A stretch of DNA of 63,185 bases, the filler included, from Aduncisulcus paluster (Eukaryota): the NCBI GenBank assembly GCA_024181965.1. It is 5 parts of 5 records of this genome, joined end to end, with 100 filler letters (N's around TTAATTAATTAA, not from the genome) between each part and the next. Parts side by side here need not be neighbours in the genome. Positions count along the whole stretch, not along the records: positions 1 to 15,129 come from BQXS01012482.1; 4 more parts are not named here. The stretch is one strand, 5' to 3'. Positions 1 to 13,000 of the stretch are shown here, piece after piece. Both the position numbers and the translations under genes were made by a program. How positions within the stretch are numbered: the stretch's first letter is position 1; each line of letters opens with the position of its first letter. The notes below the pieces were generated by a model. That model did not search any database. It saw only the letters and a program-made list of their open reading frames with translations, and was not told the origin of the DNA.

Positions 1-325
1 TAATGAAATCTATCAAAAGGCACATGGAAGGGGAATGATGCTTACAAGGAAAGGAACAGGATCGATTTCCATTGAAATCAAAACAAGAACAAGGCGGAAA
101 AGCCTGTTGTTTCTCATTGATTGATTCAGGAAGAACAATACGTTTGACTCGCGAAAACTCTTTAGACTTCAATAAAGGAAATAAATAATTGATAAATTTA
201 AACTCAGTGAAGCATATAGATGTCAAATCTAAGGTTGAATTCGAAAATAATTGGTAAAATAGCGCTTCTGAATATGTTGGACCTTCAAAGAATAAATTTA
301 GAATTAATTTATCAAATTCACACAT
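1..325 (-). CDS. 5' part of a hypothetical protein running off the window (MCEFDKLILNLFFEG...)
   Basis: ATG at 325; the frame stays open for 108 codons to the window edge; AT-rich intergenic sequence upstream. Confidence 0.55.
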   Translation of the reverse strand, partial: MCEFDKLILNLFFEGPTYSEALFYQLFSNSTLDLTSICFTEFKFINYLFPLLKSKEFSRVKRIVLPESINEKQQAFPPCSCFDFNGNRSCSFPCKHHSPSMCLLIDFI

Positions 326-719
326 TTTACAAAAATAAAATGCAATAAAATTAATGAATAATCAAAATTTGACTGTCCGTTAATAGCCAATACAGCAAAA
401 ACATCGATTTTGAGTCACGCACAACGCTGATCAACATATATACTTTATTCCAAAAGACACAAATGAACATTGCTAAAAAATAAAGGAAAAAGTATTAACG
501 TAAAAAGCTCAGTTATATAAATTTATCACGGCTTCTTTGACTTCAAGTCATTTTAAAGTTTAAAATCTGTCCAAGCAGATCTTGCAAGAAGTTCAAGTTA
601 AAAAACTTTCATGAAACAAAAAATGGTCTACAAACCTTTCAAGAGTATTCATAACGTGAGAAAATCAAAAATCCAAATTTGATATTTATTAATAATGTTA
701 TAAATTTTTTTCTCTCAGC

Positions 720-792
720 GGTCTTGTAGTGTAGTTGGTTATCACATCGGGTTTTGATTCCGATAACCTGGGTTCGAGTCCCAGCAAGACCT
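720..792 (+). tRNA. tRNA-Gln, anticodon UUG
   Basis: Cloverleaf: acceptor GGTCTTG/CAAGACC, D stem GTG/CAC, anticodon stem TCGGG/TCCGA with loop TT-TTG-AT, T arm CTGGG-TTCGAGT-CCCAG; Pol III T5 terminator at 795-799; no encoded CCA. Confidence 0.96.
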
Positions 793-974
793 GCTTTTTC
801 ATATTTCGTTTCGAATTTTTTTGATATCATAAGATTTGACACAAATTTTCGTTCATTTAAACTCATACCTAACTTAAATTTGATATTTGATCAGTCTATT
901 TGGTTCAAATTATTTTTGTTTCTTGTTGGGAAAATGACAAAAACCACTTCTCAAACCAACAATAATATTATGCT

Positions 975-3170
975 TTATTCCATTTTTTCTTCTTCTTCCA
1001 ACAAAAAATCAATATCTAAGCCATCTAAAGCATCCAAGACCTTTTCCACCCTTCCCTTTTCATGTTCATCAATTTCTTCCACCTTCTGTGACTCCTTTTC
1101 ATCAGAACAGGAATCATCCTTTCCACAAATCTGCTCAGCCTGTTGAATGTCACCCTTCTTCCAATCATCAGAGTCGAATAGAGAGTCAATGGGAATAGAA
1201 TGTCCGATATTCGAACATATCCGAACACATTCCTGCATTGCCCCATTTCCACATGTAAAAGCATCACTAAACATAGGATTATGAGAATAAATAACTTGGT
1301 CAGGGTATTGTGAACACTGCTCATATATAGAAGGATATTCGTGGACAATGGAAGTGGAGCCCTCAACGGGAGATATTTGATCAGTAGGTCTGACAGAATC
1401 GGGAGATTCGGCAGAGAATTCAATCACATGAATAGAATCCGCTTGTTCTTTTATATCTTTGCCTTCTTGAGGCTCCTTTTCCGGTATAATATTCGGTTTG
1501 CCTTGACCCGGATCGAGTTTGAAAGAAATTGTGCACACGATATTTTCCTCACCCATCCTTGTACAAATTAACCTACATTCAGTCAAAACAGTGTCTCTAT
1601 TATCACCCCAACCGTCTAACATTATATATCCATTTTCACACATACTCTCTCGTTTCCCGCGCACAATGACATAACATCCAGGAGAGGAGAAAAGAAGAGG
1701 GAGGGAGTCAAGAGAGAACGGAATGGAAGGAGGTTGTGAAGCGCATGAAGAAGAGGAAGAATGATCAGTGTCTTCTTTCTTCTTCTCGGTCGAGGATAGT
1801 TTGACAATCAAATTAACTCTCCAAAGAGAAGGGACAGACATTCCAGTCTTTTCAAGGGAAGCACGAGTGTGAGGAAGGATTATATGTCTAGTTTCAATGT
1901 TGGGCATATCATCAGCACATGAAAGACACAAGAGTTCCTCCTCTTCGCCTCGTTCCTCTTCCTCATCCGTGACAAGTTCCTCTTCCTCCCTCTCTTCAAG
2001 GTCTCCATGAGATCCATCCTCATTTATCATGACAATCTCATCGCTTGGCCCAGAAACATGATAGGTTAATCCATCTTCTTCTTTTTTCTCTTTTGAACCA
2101 CCGACTTGATCATCTTCACTTTTTTCAAGAATAATCCGCTTCCTTATCTTCTCGATGGATAGAATATGACAACATAGACGGTAACTACACCCATTGACAG
2201 CTCCGTATCGAGCAAATGCCTGTGGATACTCGCCAGACCCCCAATTCGTAGAGAGTGTACAGGAAGGTGAATACACTCCAACTCCAGAAAGGGCTGTCAC
2301 ACAACGAAATATACCATCACTGGCCTTTTGGAGCTCTGGAGCAGTTAGAGAATGCGATAGTCCTCGAAGCAGGGGAGAACAGAGCCAAAATGTATCCTTC
2401 AGACCAAGTCGAGAGACAAAGCTTTGCAATGATTCTGCCATGAGTGAGTCATCTTCAAAGGGCTCTGATAATTCTTTGTTCAATATAGCAAGCATAGCAG
2501 CCCCATCATTGACGTCTTTCCTTGAAAGGGTGGAAGTATCCTGATGGGCAAGGCTAGAATCACGAGCCTCCTCATTACCCCGATAGGCTTTTGCCAAAGG
2601 TAGCAATTTCATAATGAATTTCATAACAAAGTGTTTATCATAGGGAGATAGAGAAGAAGAAGAAAAAAGATCGGATTTAGTGAAGGGCATAGGAACGTAT
2701 TTGTCAGTTATTTCCGTAGATTTCTTGTCTTTATCTGAGAAGTTGGCCGTTGTCGGTACAAATGATTTTATATAAGTAGTTTTTGGAAATTTGAATGTTA
2801 GATAGTGTTGGATTTTAGCTTTAATAATGCCTTTAAGAAAAATTGAATTAGAAAATGGAATATGAGGATGAAAGTCAATCAAATATCTCCTGCCTCTTTT
2901 CATAATTTGTCTCTTTTCGGCGTCATTGGCGAATGAAATCGAAAAGTCACCACTATCAATTCCAATCATGCTTCTAATAATTGAATTTTCATTGTTTTGC
3001 GTATTAAACATTTCTAATATTTCATAAAGCGAGAAAGTACCATCGTAAGCACCATACAGCATTTCATCATCTATCTGACACACACGATATCCTTTCTTAG
3101 CTAATACACTTGCGATAATGCATTGAGAAAGATTGGTTCCATAGATTAAGAAATCATATGGATCATTCAT
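975..3170 (-). CDS. Rab escort protein / Rab GDI family (probably REP, RabGGTase component A)
   Basis: N-terminal YDFLIYGTNLSQCIIASVLAKKGYRVCQID..LYG; RRYLIDFHP; MPFTKSDLFSSSSLSPYDK; WGSGEYPQAFARYGAVNG, all GDI/REP motifs. Confidence 0.85.
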   Translation of the reverse strand: MNDPYDFLIYGTNLSQCIIASVLAKKGYRVCQIDDEMLYGAYDGTFSLYEILEMFNTQNNENSIIRSMIGIDSGDFSISFANDAEKRQIMKRGRRYLIDFHPHIPFSNSIFLKGIIKAKIQHYLTFKFPKTTYIKSFVPTTANFSDKDKKSTEITDKYVPMPFTKSDLFSSSSLSPYDKHFVMKFIMKLLPLAKAYRGNEEARDSSLAHQDTSTLSRKDVNDGAAMLAILNKELSEPFEDDSLMAESLQSFVSRLGLKDTFWLCSPLLRGLSHSLTAPELQKASDGIFRCVTALSGVGVYSPSCTLSTNWGSGEYPQAFARYGAVNGCSYRLCCHILSIEKIRKRIILEKSEDDQVGGSKEKKEEDGLTYHVSGPSDEIVMINEDGSHGDLEEREEEELVTDEEEERGEEEELLCLSCADDMPNIETRHIILPHTRASLEKTGMSVPSLWRVNLIVKLSSTEKKKEDTDHSSSSSCASQPPSIPFSLDSLPLLFSSPGCYVIVRGKRESMCENGYIMLDGWGDNRDTVLTECRLICTRMGEENIVCTISFKLDPGQGKPNIIPEKEPQEGKDIKEQADSIHVIEFSAESPDSVRPTDQISPVEGSTSIVHEYPSIYEQCSQYPDQVIYSHNPMFSDAFTCGNGAMQECVRICSNIGHSIPIDSLFDSDDWKKGDIQQAEQICGKDDSCSDEKESQKVEEIDEHEKGRVEKVLDALDGLDIDFLLEEEEKME

Positions 3171-3526
3171 TGTCCAAAATTCACCAAAAAGGTAGATTCA
3201 ACGATTTATTTCTGTTTGCTATTGTTCTTCAAGATCAATGAATTAGACCATTACAATGAATAAAACTGGCAAATTTAAAATCGAGATTACGGTGATATGG
3301 TTGAGTGAGTACCCTCTTATGGCAATACGACATAATCGAATTTTATCCGAATAGCAAAAAATTTGAGACAATCCAAATTTTAAAAGCCGTTTTAAATTCT
3401 CAAATTTGGGGACTGAATAAAGTTACATCACTAAATTGAGGATGTTCAGTGGATGATTTTTCAAGCCTCCAGTTTTCTCGTTTATTTTAAGGACTAGTAA
3501 TCTTATTTATATTATTTTTATGAAAA

Positions 3527-6500
3527 ATGGATTTTGTTAAGAAGTATGAAATTGATTTTGCCCCTGTTATCGATTGTGATAAGGATTTTAAATATCAAGA
3601 GCACCTAGTTGAGTACCTTAAGGGAAAACAATATTATTTTAAATGCAAATTAAATCTAAATGGAGTTAAAAAACGTGTTACCATATTTCCATTGAAAAAA
3701 AGTGGGACTCTTGGGAAAGACCGTAAAGAGTTGGCTCTCAAGACTTTAATGTTTAAAAGCCATGATGATACCATACCCCTCCATATCCAATCGGAAATAT
3801 TCAATTATCACTTTATATATAATGCTTTGTCATATTATGAAAGTCAGTCACCGTCAAAACCTCCTCACATCAAGCGAACAGATCTTCTCCTTAAGTTATA
3901 TGGATATACAGCATTCAATCCCCAAAAACACCTTGGGGCTAAGGATTTAGGCTCACTTAAACGTGAATTTATTGGTGATATGATTGTTGCTTTCGTATAT
4001 GAAGATTTTGACAGATTTGCTTTCGAACAAATGGTTTCAGATAAATTATCCCTTCCGTCTCCTTCCTTTTTCAAGTGGCAAGATGCCAAATGTCATGATC
4101 GCAAAAGAATTCACGAGATGGTGCGGAAGAATGTTCCGGATATTTCAGCGAGGCATGATTTCCAAAGTGAAAAAATTCCTTTATCACATTGGAATCACCC
4201 TTATCACGACGCATTTTTATCCTTTGAATCATTCAAGAACCCCTCTGAAATGCTCGAGCGGGAAATTGGCCGACTATCATTGCTTTACCAGATGACCAAC
4301 ATCATTGACACCCTTGTCGATATGGGCATTTCTATTGGTTCCCTCTCGCGTCATTCATTTGCCGTTGAAAAAAACACAGTCCATCTTCGTGGATTACGCT
4401 TCGCCAAGGTATCTTGGTACCAATATATTGGGAGATCCTATGGAAATCTACCCAAAAATTTCACATGTGTGGCCGATTTGTACAATCACATGCATTCTGT
4501 CACTGACACTGCCCTTCCTCACATTCCTCCTCTTTTGGACTACCTCCTTCCATCGAGCCTTCCTCTTCACAATCTTGGCTTTGTTGGTCAGTTTGAATCC
4601 TTTTCCGAGGAAGAGATCCGTGCGTCCCACGTTCCAATCTCTTCCCATGTCGATATTATCGAGCCTACAGGAATTCACAAAGGTAAGTTTACACAAGTTC
4701 TCTCTTTCGGACAACCTAAGCCGTCTGCTACAAGCATTGACGACTCTGGTGGAGATCAAGACCACACACAAGTCTCTGAGCCAGTATTGTTCGAAAAAGC
4801 CACCGAAGTTTATTCTCAAGTTCTTGAAAATCCTGAACGTTTAATCACACACACTGGGCCAAACATTCAACTTGATGGAGAGTTTTATTTCCCAGTATCA
4901 TTCCTTCCCCATCAATTATTGTCTTATGGGCCCGGTGAAGTATATAAAAGATTTGTAGGTGGCTTTAATGAAAGTTTCGAAAATCCCTCATCACTGTGCT
5001 TCTTCCAGTCTATAGAAAAGTACACCTCCGAACTCAAAAAGAAATGGTGCCCCAAATCAGAGAGTCTCAGTGAATCGAATGCTCAAGATAGTTGCAGTAT
5101 CGACAATGACTATTCAACCGGTTCAAATGTTGAATATCTCAAGAAAACATCCATTGAATGTAACTCATTGACAGAGCTTCCTTCTCTAGATGGTGAAGAT
5201 ACGGACTCCGATAGTGATTGTATATCGTATGATTCCAGTGAAGAAGATAGCACAGGTGGTGGATCAAGCGTTACAACCCATTCCTCTCAAAAACCCAAGT
5301 TATATAATTGTGTATTCACAAAATCACGCCACCACTCTATGAAATCTCACTTCCCTGCAATAGTGCAGCGTGGAATGCCCGAATTCATCAAATTCTTACC
5401 ATGTTGGCTGATTGATGCCAGTATTGATGTCGAAAAGACATATTATAATGAACATGGGCATTCTTTCGACAATAATGAAAGGGCCTTGGCTTCCGATGAT
5501 CGTTCCATCATTGGACCTCAGGGTTCTATTAAGGAAGGTTCCAAGTTCCAAGAGAGGTTCCAATCATGCATTGGATTAAGTTCTTTGTTCTCTCCTACCT
5601 TACCACCTTTCCATGATTCGCTCCCATTCGTGTCTTCCCTCTCCCTCGGGTCGACTCCCTCTTTCCCTTTCTCTTCCCCAAATACTTTTTCTGTGTGGTC
5701 TTTGAACTCTTCTCCGTTGTCTAAACAAGGAATCTGGTATCTTCTGAAGAAAAAGAAGGTCGATGCGAAAACAACGATCCTTGGAGTTGAACCCCACATC
5801 CGTGAATCTGTTGCAAAAGGAATTCTTACATGTTTGAACCCGAAACATTGGTCTTTCGATCATATAGGGCGATGTCTATCAAATTATAAAGAGGAATTGG
5901 AATCTCCCTTCGGACATGGTATTATTACTCCTCACAAACCAAAAACAAGCCTGCCAGAATCTGAAAAATATCCAAAATCTGAGGAAATTTACGACACTTT
6001 AGGTAAATTGCTCCCATTTCCTGTGACACCGATCTCTCTTTCCCCATTTAATTATCTTGATACTCATGGTGATATTTTTGGCTTAGCTGTTTTACTCTCT
6101 GAAATTGACACTATCTGGACCAAGTCAAACGATGTCTCTCACTATCCGGACATAAACGAGATATATCCGGACTCCGACCACATACATGCAACTGATGAAT
6201 CTCCAATTATGTCAAAACTACATCATTTCAACAGAGAAATGCAACCTAGTATTATGGAAGAATGGATTAAATCATTGCCGAAAAATCCTTCCAAGTTTGG
6301 AGCAAATGAGAAGGGAAAACGTGATTTGTCAGGGAAAATATTTACAAAATCTCTTGCACCCACAGGACTCACAGATGACTTTGGATGTGTTATGATCGCA
6401 GATTCGATTCCAAAGGATGCTTCTGGTGGACTTAGTGAGAGGGCTTTCTATTCCCCTTCTCCAATATTATCGGCATTGCAAGTTGTTGTTGCGAAGCCAA

Positions 6501-9500
6501 GAAATTATTCACAAATTGAGTTCAACCAGGCTGAAACTCTTCTGCAAATGCATCATTTAACACCCAAATACAAGGAAAGACAAGACATTTCTGGACAGAA
6601 CTATCCCATTTTTTGTCCTTTCCCCAAGAATATTCAATATTTTTGCCAGTGTGTTAAACAGAAAAAGCCATCAGCAGAAATGGAACAAGCGATTCTTTCG
6701 CGTCAAGAGAAACTATCGAAGACGGATAAATTTTTTAAATCCATTGTGAAGATTGTTCCATCAATGGTACAGGTTTCAAAAGAATTATTCACCTCGAGTC
6801 TTCCGACCCGTGGCATTGTGAAGTCCCGATCCTCCAAGAGAGAGTCAATGCTTGGAATATCTCTTGCCAGTTGTTTGAGGAGTGGCCTTGGCATTATCAA
6901 ATGGCAACTTTGGGAGAACGTTGCGAGAAATTTGGTCGATTACCGTGATGGTCGTTCTCGGAAGGAAACTATTAATAACATGGACTTTTCAATTCTTCAT
7001 GAACTTTCAAACACCGTTTCCCAGCCTCTTCTCTCTGTTATCCTCTTTAAATACCTTGATCTTGTGTTCGAATGCGATAATGTTATGGTTGACAAAAGAT
7101 CCAGAGAGGATGATTCCGATGAGCTTCATACCTTCGCAACAACGCCACATTCCCTTGAATCTTCCTGGGGAGCATGTTTTGGACTGTTTGGATGTGAAAG
7201 ATGTGATGGTATCAAGAATATGAAAGAAACTATGTTTCAAATGATTGAGTTCTTAAGGCAGAAGGGAGATATGTGGAAAGAAAACGAACCGTACTATAAT
7301 AATCTCCGTAGTGGCAAGTCCCCTGCTGAAGTTTTTTCATTGTCCCCTGACAAAGCGTCCGTCCACGACTCGCCTCTAAAATCATTTTTACCACCTAAAA
7401 GTTTGGGCAAATTCGGCTATCATGATTCTCGTCCTCAATGTATCAGTAATCAGTATGGTTCTCTGTTGTTGAGTTCATCATACAGAAGCGAATCCATAAA
7501 TCCTCCAGAACACCCCATTGAGACAAGCATCAAGACTTTCCACTCAAAGTATTCAACTGCGTATGTTGAAGATCAAGTCAAAGAATTGGCAGATAAATTA
7601 TATTTTTGCAATGAAAATGTCGTTCCCGAATATTCTGACAAGAAGGTAATTCTACCCCCCACCGACATGTCCAAGATTGTTAAAAATAATAAGAAATGGG
7701 AGTATTTTTCTTTCAAAGACTCTGTGGACGATTCGACGGCTGAAGGAGGAGGTGTTGACTTCAGTAGTGCTCTTCAGTTTGGAACGAGTGCTATCATTTC
7801 TGGAATTGTCGGAAAAGACAAGTATTCCAAAATTTATGACCATGTTGTGTACCAAAAACGCTCTCTCCCTGCTCCTTCCAGTTATTCCGATGATGGAATT
7901 GGCCCTATCACTAACTATAAACATCTATTTGACAAAGCTTATGAATTATCGCTGTACCCTTCAAGTCTAATATCATTGTCATCTGGACCTAAGATTCAAT
8001 ATATTACCATAAACGCTGACAAGATTAAGCTTTCACAAGAGTATTTCGAACTAATCCTTGCTCTTTCTGCTTTCCTCCCAATGAATAGTTTATTGATGAA
8101 CCGCACGTTTTCTAAGTCAAATTTCCCTGTGCAACGAAAGGATCTTTTACTCATTTCCGACGCTATTCTTGTTTCTGCCGATATTTTGAAGAAACGGAAA
8201 ACAGGAAAGGAGGCCTCCATGGTTTTCAGGCTTGGATTGAGTGGAAACGATCTTGGATGTAAGCGATCTGAGGATGAAAACCAATTCTTGGAGTTTTGTT
8301 TCGTTTTGTTCTCCATCACATCACACCGGTATGATTTGTTTTTCCAAGAATGTAAACTCTCAGCTTTCGATCTGCGATGCTTTGCGATGCTTTTGCACTC
8401 ATTGAGATACATCAATATTGTCCGTGTCAATTTCTCAAGAAATCTATTTGGGGAACCAAGCCCATTTTCTGGCTTCTCTTCAAGTAGTAGTAGTTCTTAT
8501 CAATCATGTAATTACGCCAGTCCTTCGGAACTTGGGAGATCCATGTCCATTTTTCTTGGCAAAATGAAGGGTGAAAGGAAATTGTATGATTTTAGAGAGT
8601 GTGGATTCCCATTCCAGGTTATTATTGAGAGCATCTTCATTGCTTTGACCCGCAGTGTGCGTAAAATTGCTGTACCTCTGTGTCTATTCCCTTCAACTTC
8701 TATGGTCTCTTCAGTTGACCTATCTGATGCTCCATCGTGTTACACTTTCTCAGATAATCGAGTGTCTCTTCTCCATTTCCTCGATTCTACTCTGCAATGG
8801 GATGATGGAAAGTTTGAGAAATCCCCTGTCAAATTCTGTGACGCTCTTCCAACGACACATAGTTATCGTAATATTCTTGATGGAAAACCAGGTTCTTTCG
8901 ATCATATTCTCATTGGTTGCAACGAACTTGCTCATCTTGGCCATATTAAACATGTTGATGTCGATGCCTATAATCGACTCCATATTCCATTCCTATTCGC
9001 TCTCTCTGAACCATACCCTGCTGATACAACCAAGAAAGATTTTTTTAAAACACCAAGACACTCAGGCTGCTCTTTGTCCATCTCTGGAATCCGCTGGACA
9101 AGTGATAACCACTCTCGTGAATTTGAATGGAAATCCATTGCTGTCTATTTACTTCGAGTTCGTCACCTTCATAAATTCTCTCTATCTGGAAAAGTATCTG
9201 TTCGTGGTTTGTTTACTGCTTTTTCCAAAGAAACAACAGTATCCTCACAGACTGATTTCGTTGTCAAATCATCATCCAATCCGGACCAAAACAGGTTTAA
9301 AATGAAAAAACTCTGTATTGATATTGATACGACTGCTTCCCGCGACGAGGAGGCTGCAATCATTGCTGACTTGTGTGATTTCATTAAATGTAATAGATTC
9401 AGATCGATCAAGCATCTTTGCCTCACAATATCATCTCCAAATATGGAATGGATTGAGAGACTTCCGGCCGCTCTCAGCTCAAGGAAAAATCTCACCGTCA

Positions 9501-9917
9501 CACTCTCTTCCCATGATCTAAGTGCCCATGGCCACTTCCTCAAACAATTGGAACAGTCATTGAAAGTGAAGGGAAAGATCGATGCCAAGATTGATGTTAG
9601 CACCAATTCCTCTTCGGCAGAATCATCAACCTCATCTGAATATAGTTCTTCATCACTTTCTTTGTCAACTACTGAACCCTTTATTCCATCTGAACTAAAA
9701 TAACTCTCTTGTCAAGACTCTTGAATAAATTTCGTACTCTTCTATCATCCAATACACTCCTCCTCAACATTTGCTTGTTGTTATGCCATTTAATGCAGAG
9801 AGAGATCTCTGGCAATCTGTGTATGATCTTATTGAACGAACACATTATGGCGTGGAGACGTTATTTGATGAATTTGGAGTGAAGTTCAACCAAAGGAAAG
9901 GAAAGGGGCTTGGATGA
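3527..9917 (+). CDS. Very large protein: degenerate (pseudo)kinase region plus C-terminal RNI-type LRRs. Annotated ORF ends at 9703; probable true end is 9917 after two homopolymer indels.
   Basis: QMTNIIDTLVDMGISIGSLSRHSFAVEKNTVHLRGLRFAK aligns to kinase subdomains VI-VII; GDIFGLAVLLSEI to IX; LGLSGNDLG / FFQECKLS / VNFSRNLFG are LRR-like. Coding-like frames continue past 9703. Confidence 0.6.
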
Positions 9918-10024
9918 TTGATGAATAAATTTAGAAGGGATGGATTTACCAAATATCTCATCCATAATTTCATTTATCATATAAATGGCAACCATATTTA
10001 TATGCAACAATTGATCGATGTAGA

Positions 10025-13000
10025 TTATCCTTCAAATTTTGATTCAAACAAAAGCTCAACACCGCCTCCACTTTCAGAAATAAATTGACAAATGGCAAAC
10101 ATCTCTCGTTCAGCATGATAACGATTTGAGAATGAAAGAGTGTCTCCAACAAGAGGAAAATCGCAGAACAAAGACCGAGACTTGGATGTTTCTTCGCGCT
10201 CAAGTGCACCAATAACAGTTCCTTCAACTATTTTTAGAGGATGAGAAAGAAGAGAAAGAAGAGAGTAAGCAATTTGATCTTCTTCTGGACAAAAAATATC
10301 CCCCCAAATTTCAGACAATATCTTCTTTTTCCTCGGAATTTGACAAAAACAATATAAATTTTGAATAGGAATTGATCGAATTCGTCTTTCCGCTAACGGA
10401 ATGAAATAATCCTTACCTTTTTTTATCTCTTGGAATTCCAGAACCTCCGCAACGAATATATGAGAGTGATTCATTGTCCCTTCACATTCATATTCACATT
10501 GGCAATCAATTGAGATGATAAACCCATATTTCCATTGGTTATCACAACTATAAGGAAGTTTATACTTCACAAAAGAAGCTGGAATATTTGAAAAAAGAGC
10601 TTTGAATGAAGTTAAAGGTGATTTGTATTGTTGTTCTTTACATTGAGGATGGAGCCATTGTTCAGTTGAAAAAGACTCAATTGGAAGAAAATACCGATCA
10701 AAAGTAATTTCAGATGTTAATTTCTCGAATAAGTTCCTATAATCTTGGTCGAAAGCAAGAGAAAGACATATAAACGGATTACAATGATGCTTAAGATAAA
10801 AAGGATTAAAATCTTTCTCAAAATCTAAAAATATCAGCTGTTTTAAATTAGAAAGAGGTATTAAACACGCAATACATTCTTTTTGAAGCGTCGAATCCAT
10901 TCTATCATCTACAAATATTGCTATTTCGTGTACAAACATGAATAGCGACAAAAAAGGAATAAACAATTTAAACTTTGATAAATACGGAGTCTTTCTATCT
11001 ACTGTTACTTTTGATTTAATTGATTTAGTTCCATCAATTGAATGATTAAACTCAGGAATATATATTGGAAAAGACTTAACAATAGAAAATATCTGGAAGA
11101 GAATCGAATAATCAACCATAAAAGGTGAAGATGGAAGTTCTTTTTCAGCTGTAAATTCAGAACAATGATAATATGCTGAAACGCAACTCTTTGATTCATC
11201 TTTGACATGATAGAATCACCAACTTTCTCCCAATTAACTTGATCACAAGGAATATTAGAAATGAATTCGAATATGTCATAATAAAGATTGTTTGGAGAAG
11301 AAAAGAATGAATTCCAAGAGAATGACCAATCAAAAGAAGAAGAAACCTTTAAACAATCGCAACAACATGGTTTTGAGTGGAAGATATGTTCATCAACACA
11401 ATCTATCCTTATTCTATCTTCGTGAGTTACTTTTGAGCATTGTGAATGATAATATTGGCCATGTAAATACAAAACTCTGGATAAAATAGGCTGAAGAAAA
11501 CAAACGAAAGGGAAAACATAGCTGTAGATAACATTTGAATACCTATCATAACTCTCGTTTTCATCTGTCGAGGTGGATAAATGTGACACGAAAGAAAGGA
11601 AATCTTTTGTCATTTGATAATCTTGAAATGACACGGTAACTGCATGCCATTTCACAATATTCGAGGGAGAAATCCCATCGAAAGATATTATATTTAGGGC
11701 TAGTCCTCTCAATATGAATGAATAAATCCATTTCAAATAGCATCGATCTGGATGATCAGAGTAAATAATATCATAATTGGGGAAATATCTCAAAAATATC
11801 CAAATAATATCTGATTTGGACCATTTGAACATCTCTTGCAAACTAGATATTTCAAACATAGAATACCCGGATGAGGACTTTCCAAAATTAGAATGATCCT
11901 CACAAGTAGGCGACTCAAGGGTCACTCTAAGTTCCCATTTTAGGACAACTGACTTTATAAACTCTGATAATAATTCACTAAATGATGATAGATGATTAAA
12001 ATATCTCCGTTGAATGAAATAAAACGAAAGAGCGACTGACTTGGTTGAGAATTCTCCATGACGAACGATGTCTCCAAAAACTCCAAGATCATCAGCATTA
12101 AGAAGGGTTAGGGGCATCGATAAGGCTGAATAAATACTCAGGGGAAGAGAAAGATGAATATTTTCTTTGTTTTCTTGAGGATTGATATGAGAAGAATTCT
12201 TAGACTCACATGATGAAGAAGTAAACCGATTTGAGCCATTGGATCTCGAAAATATTTCTAGTTCAAGAAAAGAATGGCTCTTTTCATCGTTAAAGAAATT
12301 TATATTTAAAGTTCGCAATAAATTTAAATGTTTCCGCAAAGATCCAGAAAAATGGCCAAAAAACATATTTTTTGAGTCTATTTTTAGATTCAAAACGAAA
12401 ACAACAACCTTCAATAACAGTTCCAACCGATTTAAAGTAGGATTCAAGATCTTTCGAGTTGAGTTGGAATTGAAATCTTCGCCTTGATACAGAGATAATA
12501 TCAATTCAAGATTAGTATTCAAGAAACTAATTTCGTGGTTAAGAAATACACCAACAGAAGAGCAAAGAGGAATGCCCATGGGTAAAATATGAATAATCTC
12601 AATTAATCCAAAAATAGACCCAACAGAAACTGGATGAGCAATTAAATGTAGATATTTAGAATATAATGGAATAATATTTTGATAAATGAGAGAAGAAACA
12701 CGGAGGTTAAACCTCAGGTTTTGCAAAGGACGAGGGAAAGAAAGGTGAGAAAATATTCTAATCAGATGTAAATCTTCCTTCTCCCATTTTATAGTTTTGT
12801 CAAGAGGGATAAGCAATGTTTTTTTCTCAAGTGAATCAAAAATTAAACGATAGAAACAGTCCAGAAATCCATTTTGCATACAATACAGAAAAAACTCATT
12901 CATTGAACGTGGAATGGCATTTGAAGAATCAATTGAAGCTAATTCGAGAGAATCTATTTTTAGGTATTCCTCAAATGGTATATTAGCATGTAAAAACATG

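Noticed and set aside
720..792. TAA/TAG-to-Gln reassignment as in hexamitid diplomonads
   Set aside because: The tRNA anticodon is ordinary UUG. Conserved genes end at TAA/TAG at the expected positions, and multi-kb ORFs have no in-frame TAR.
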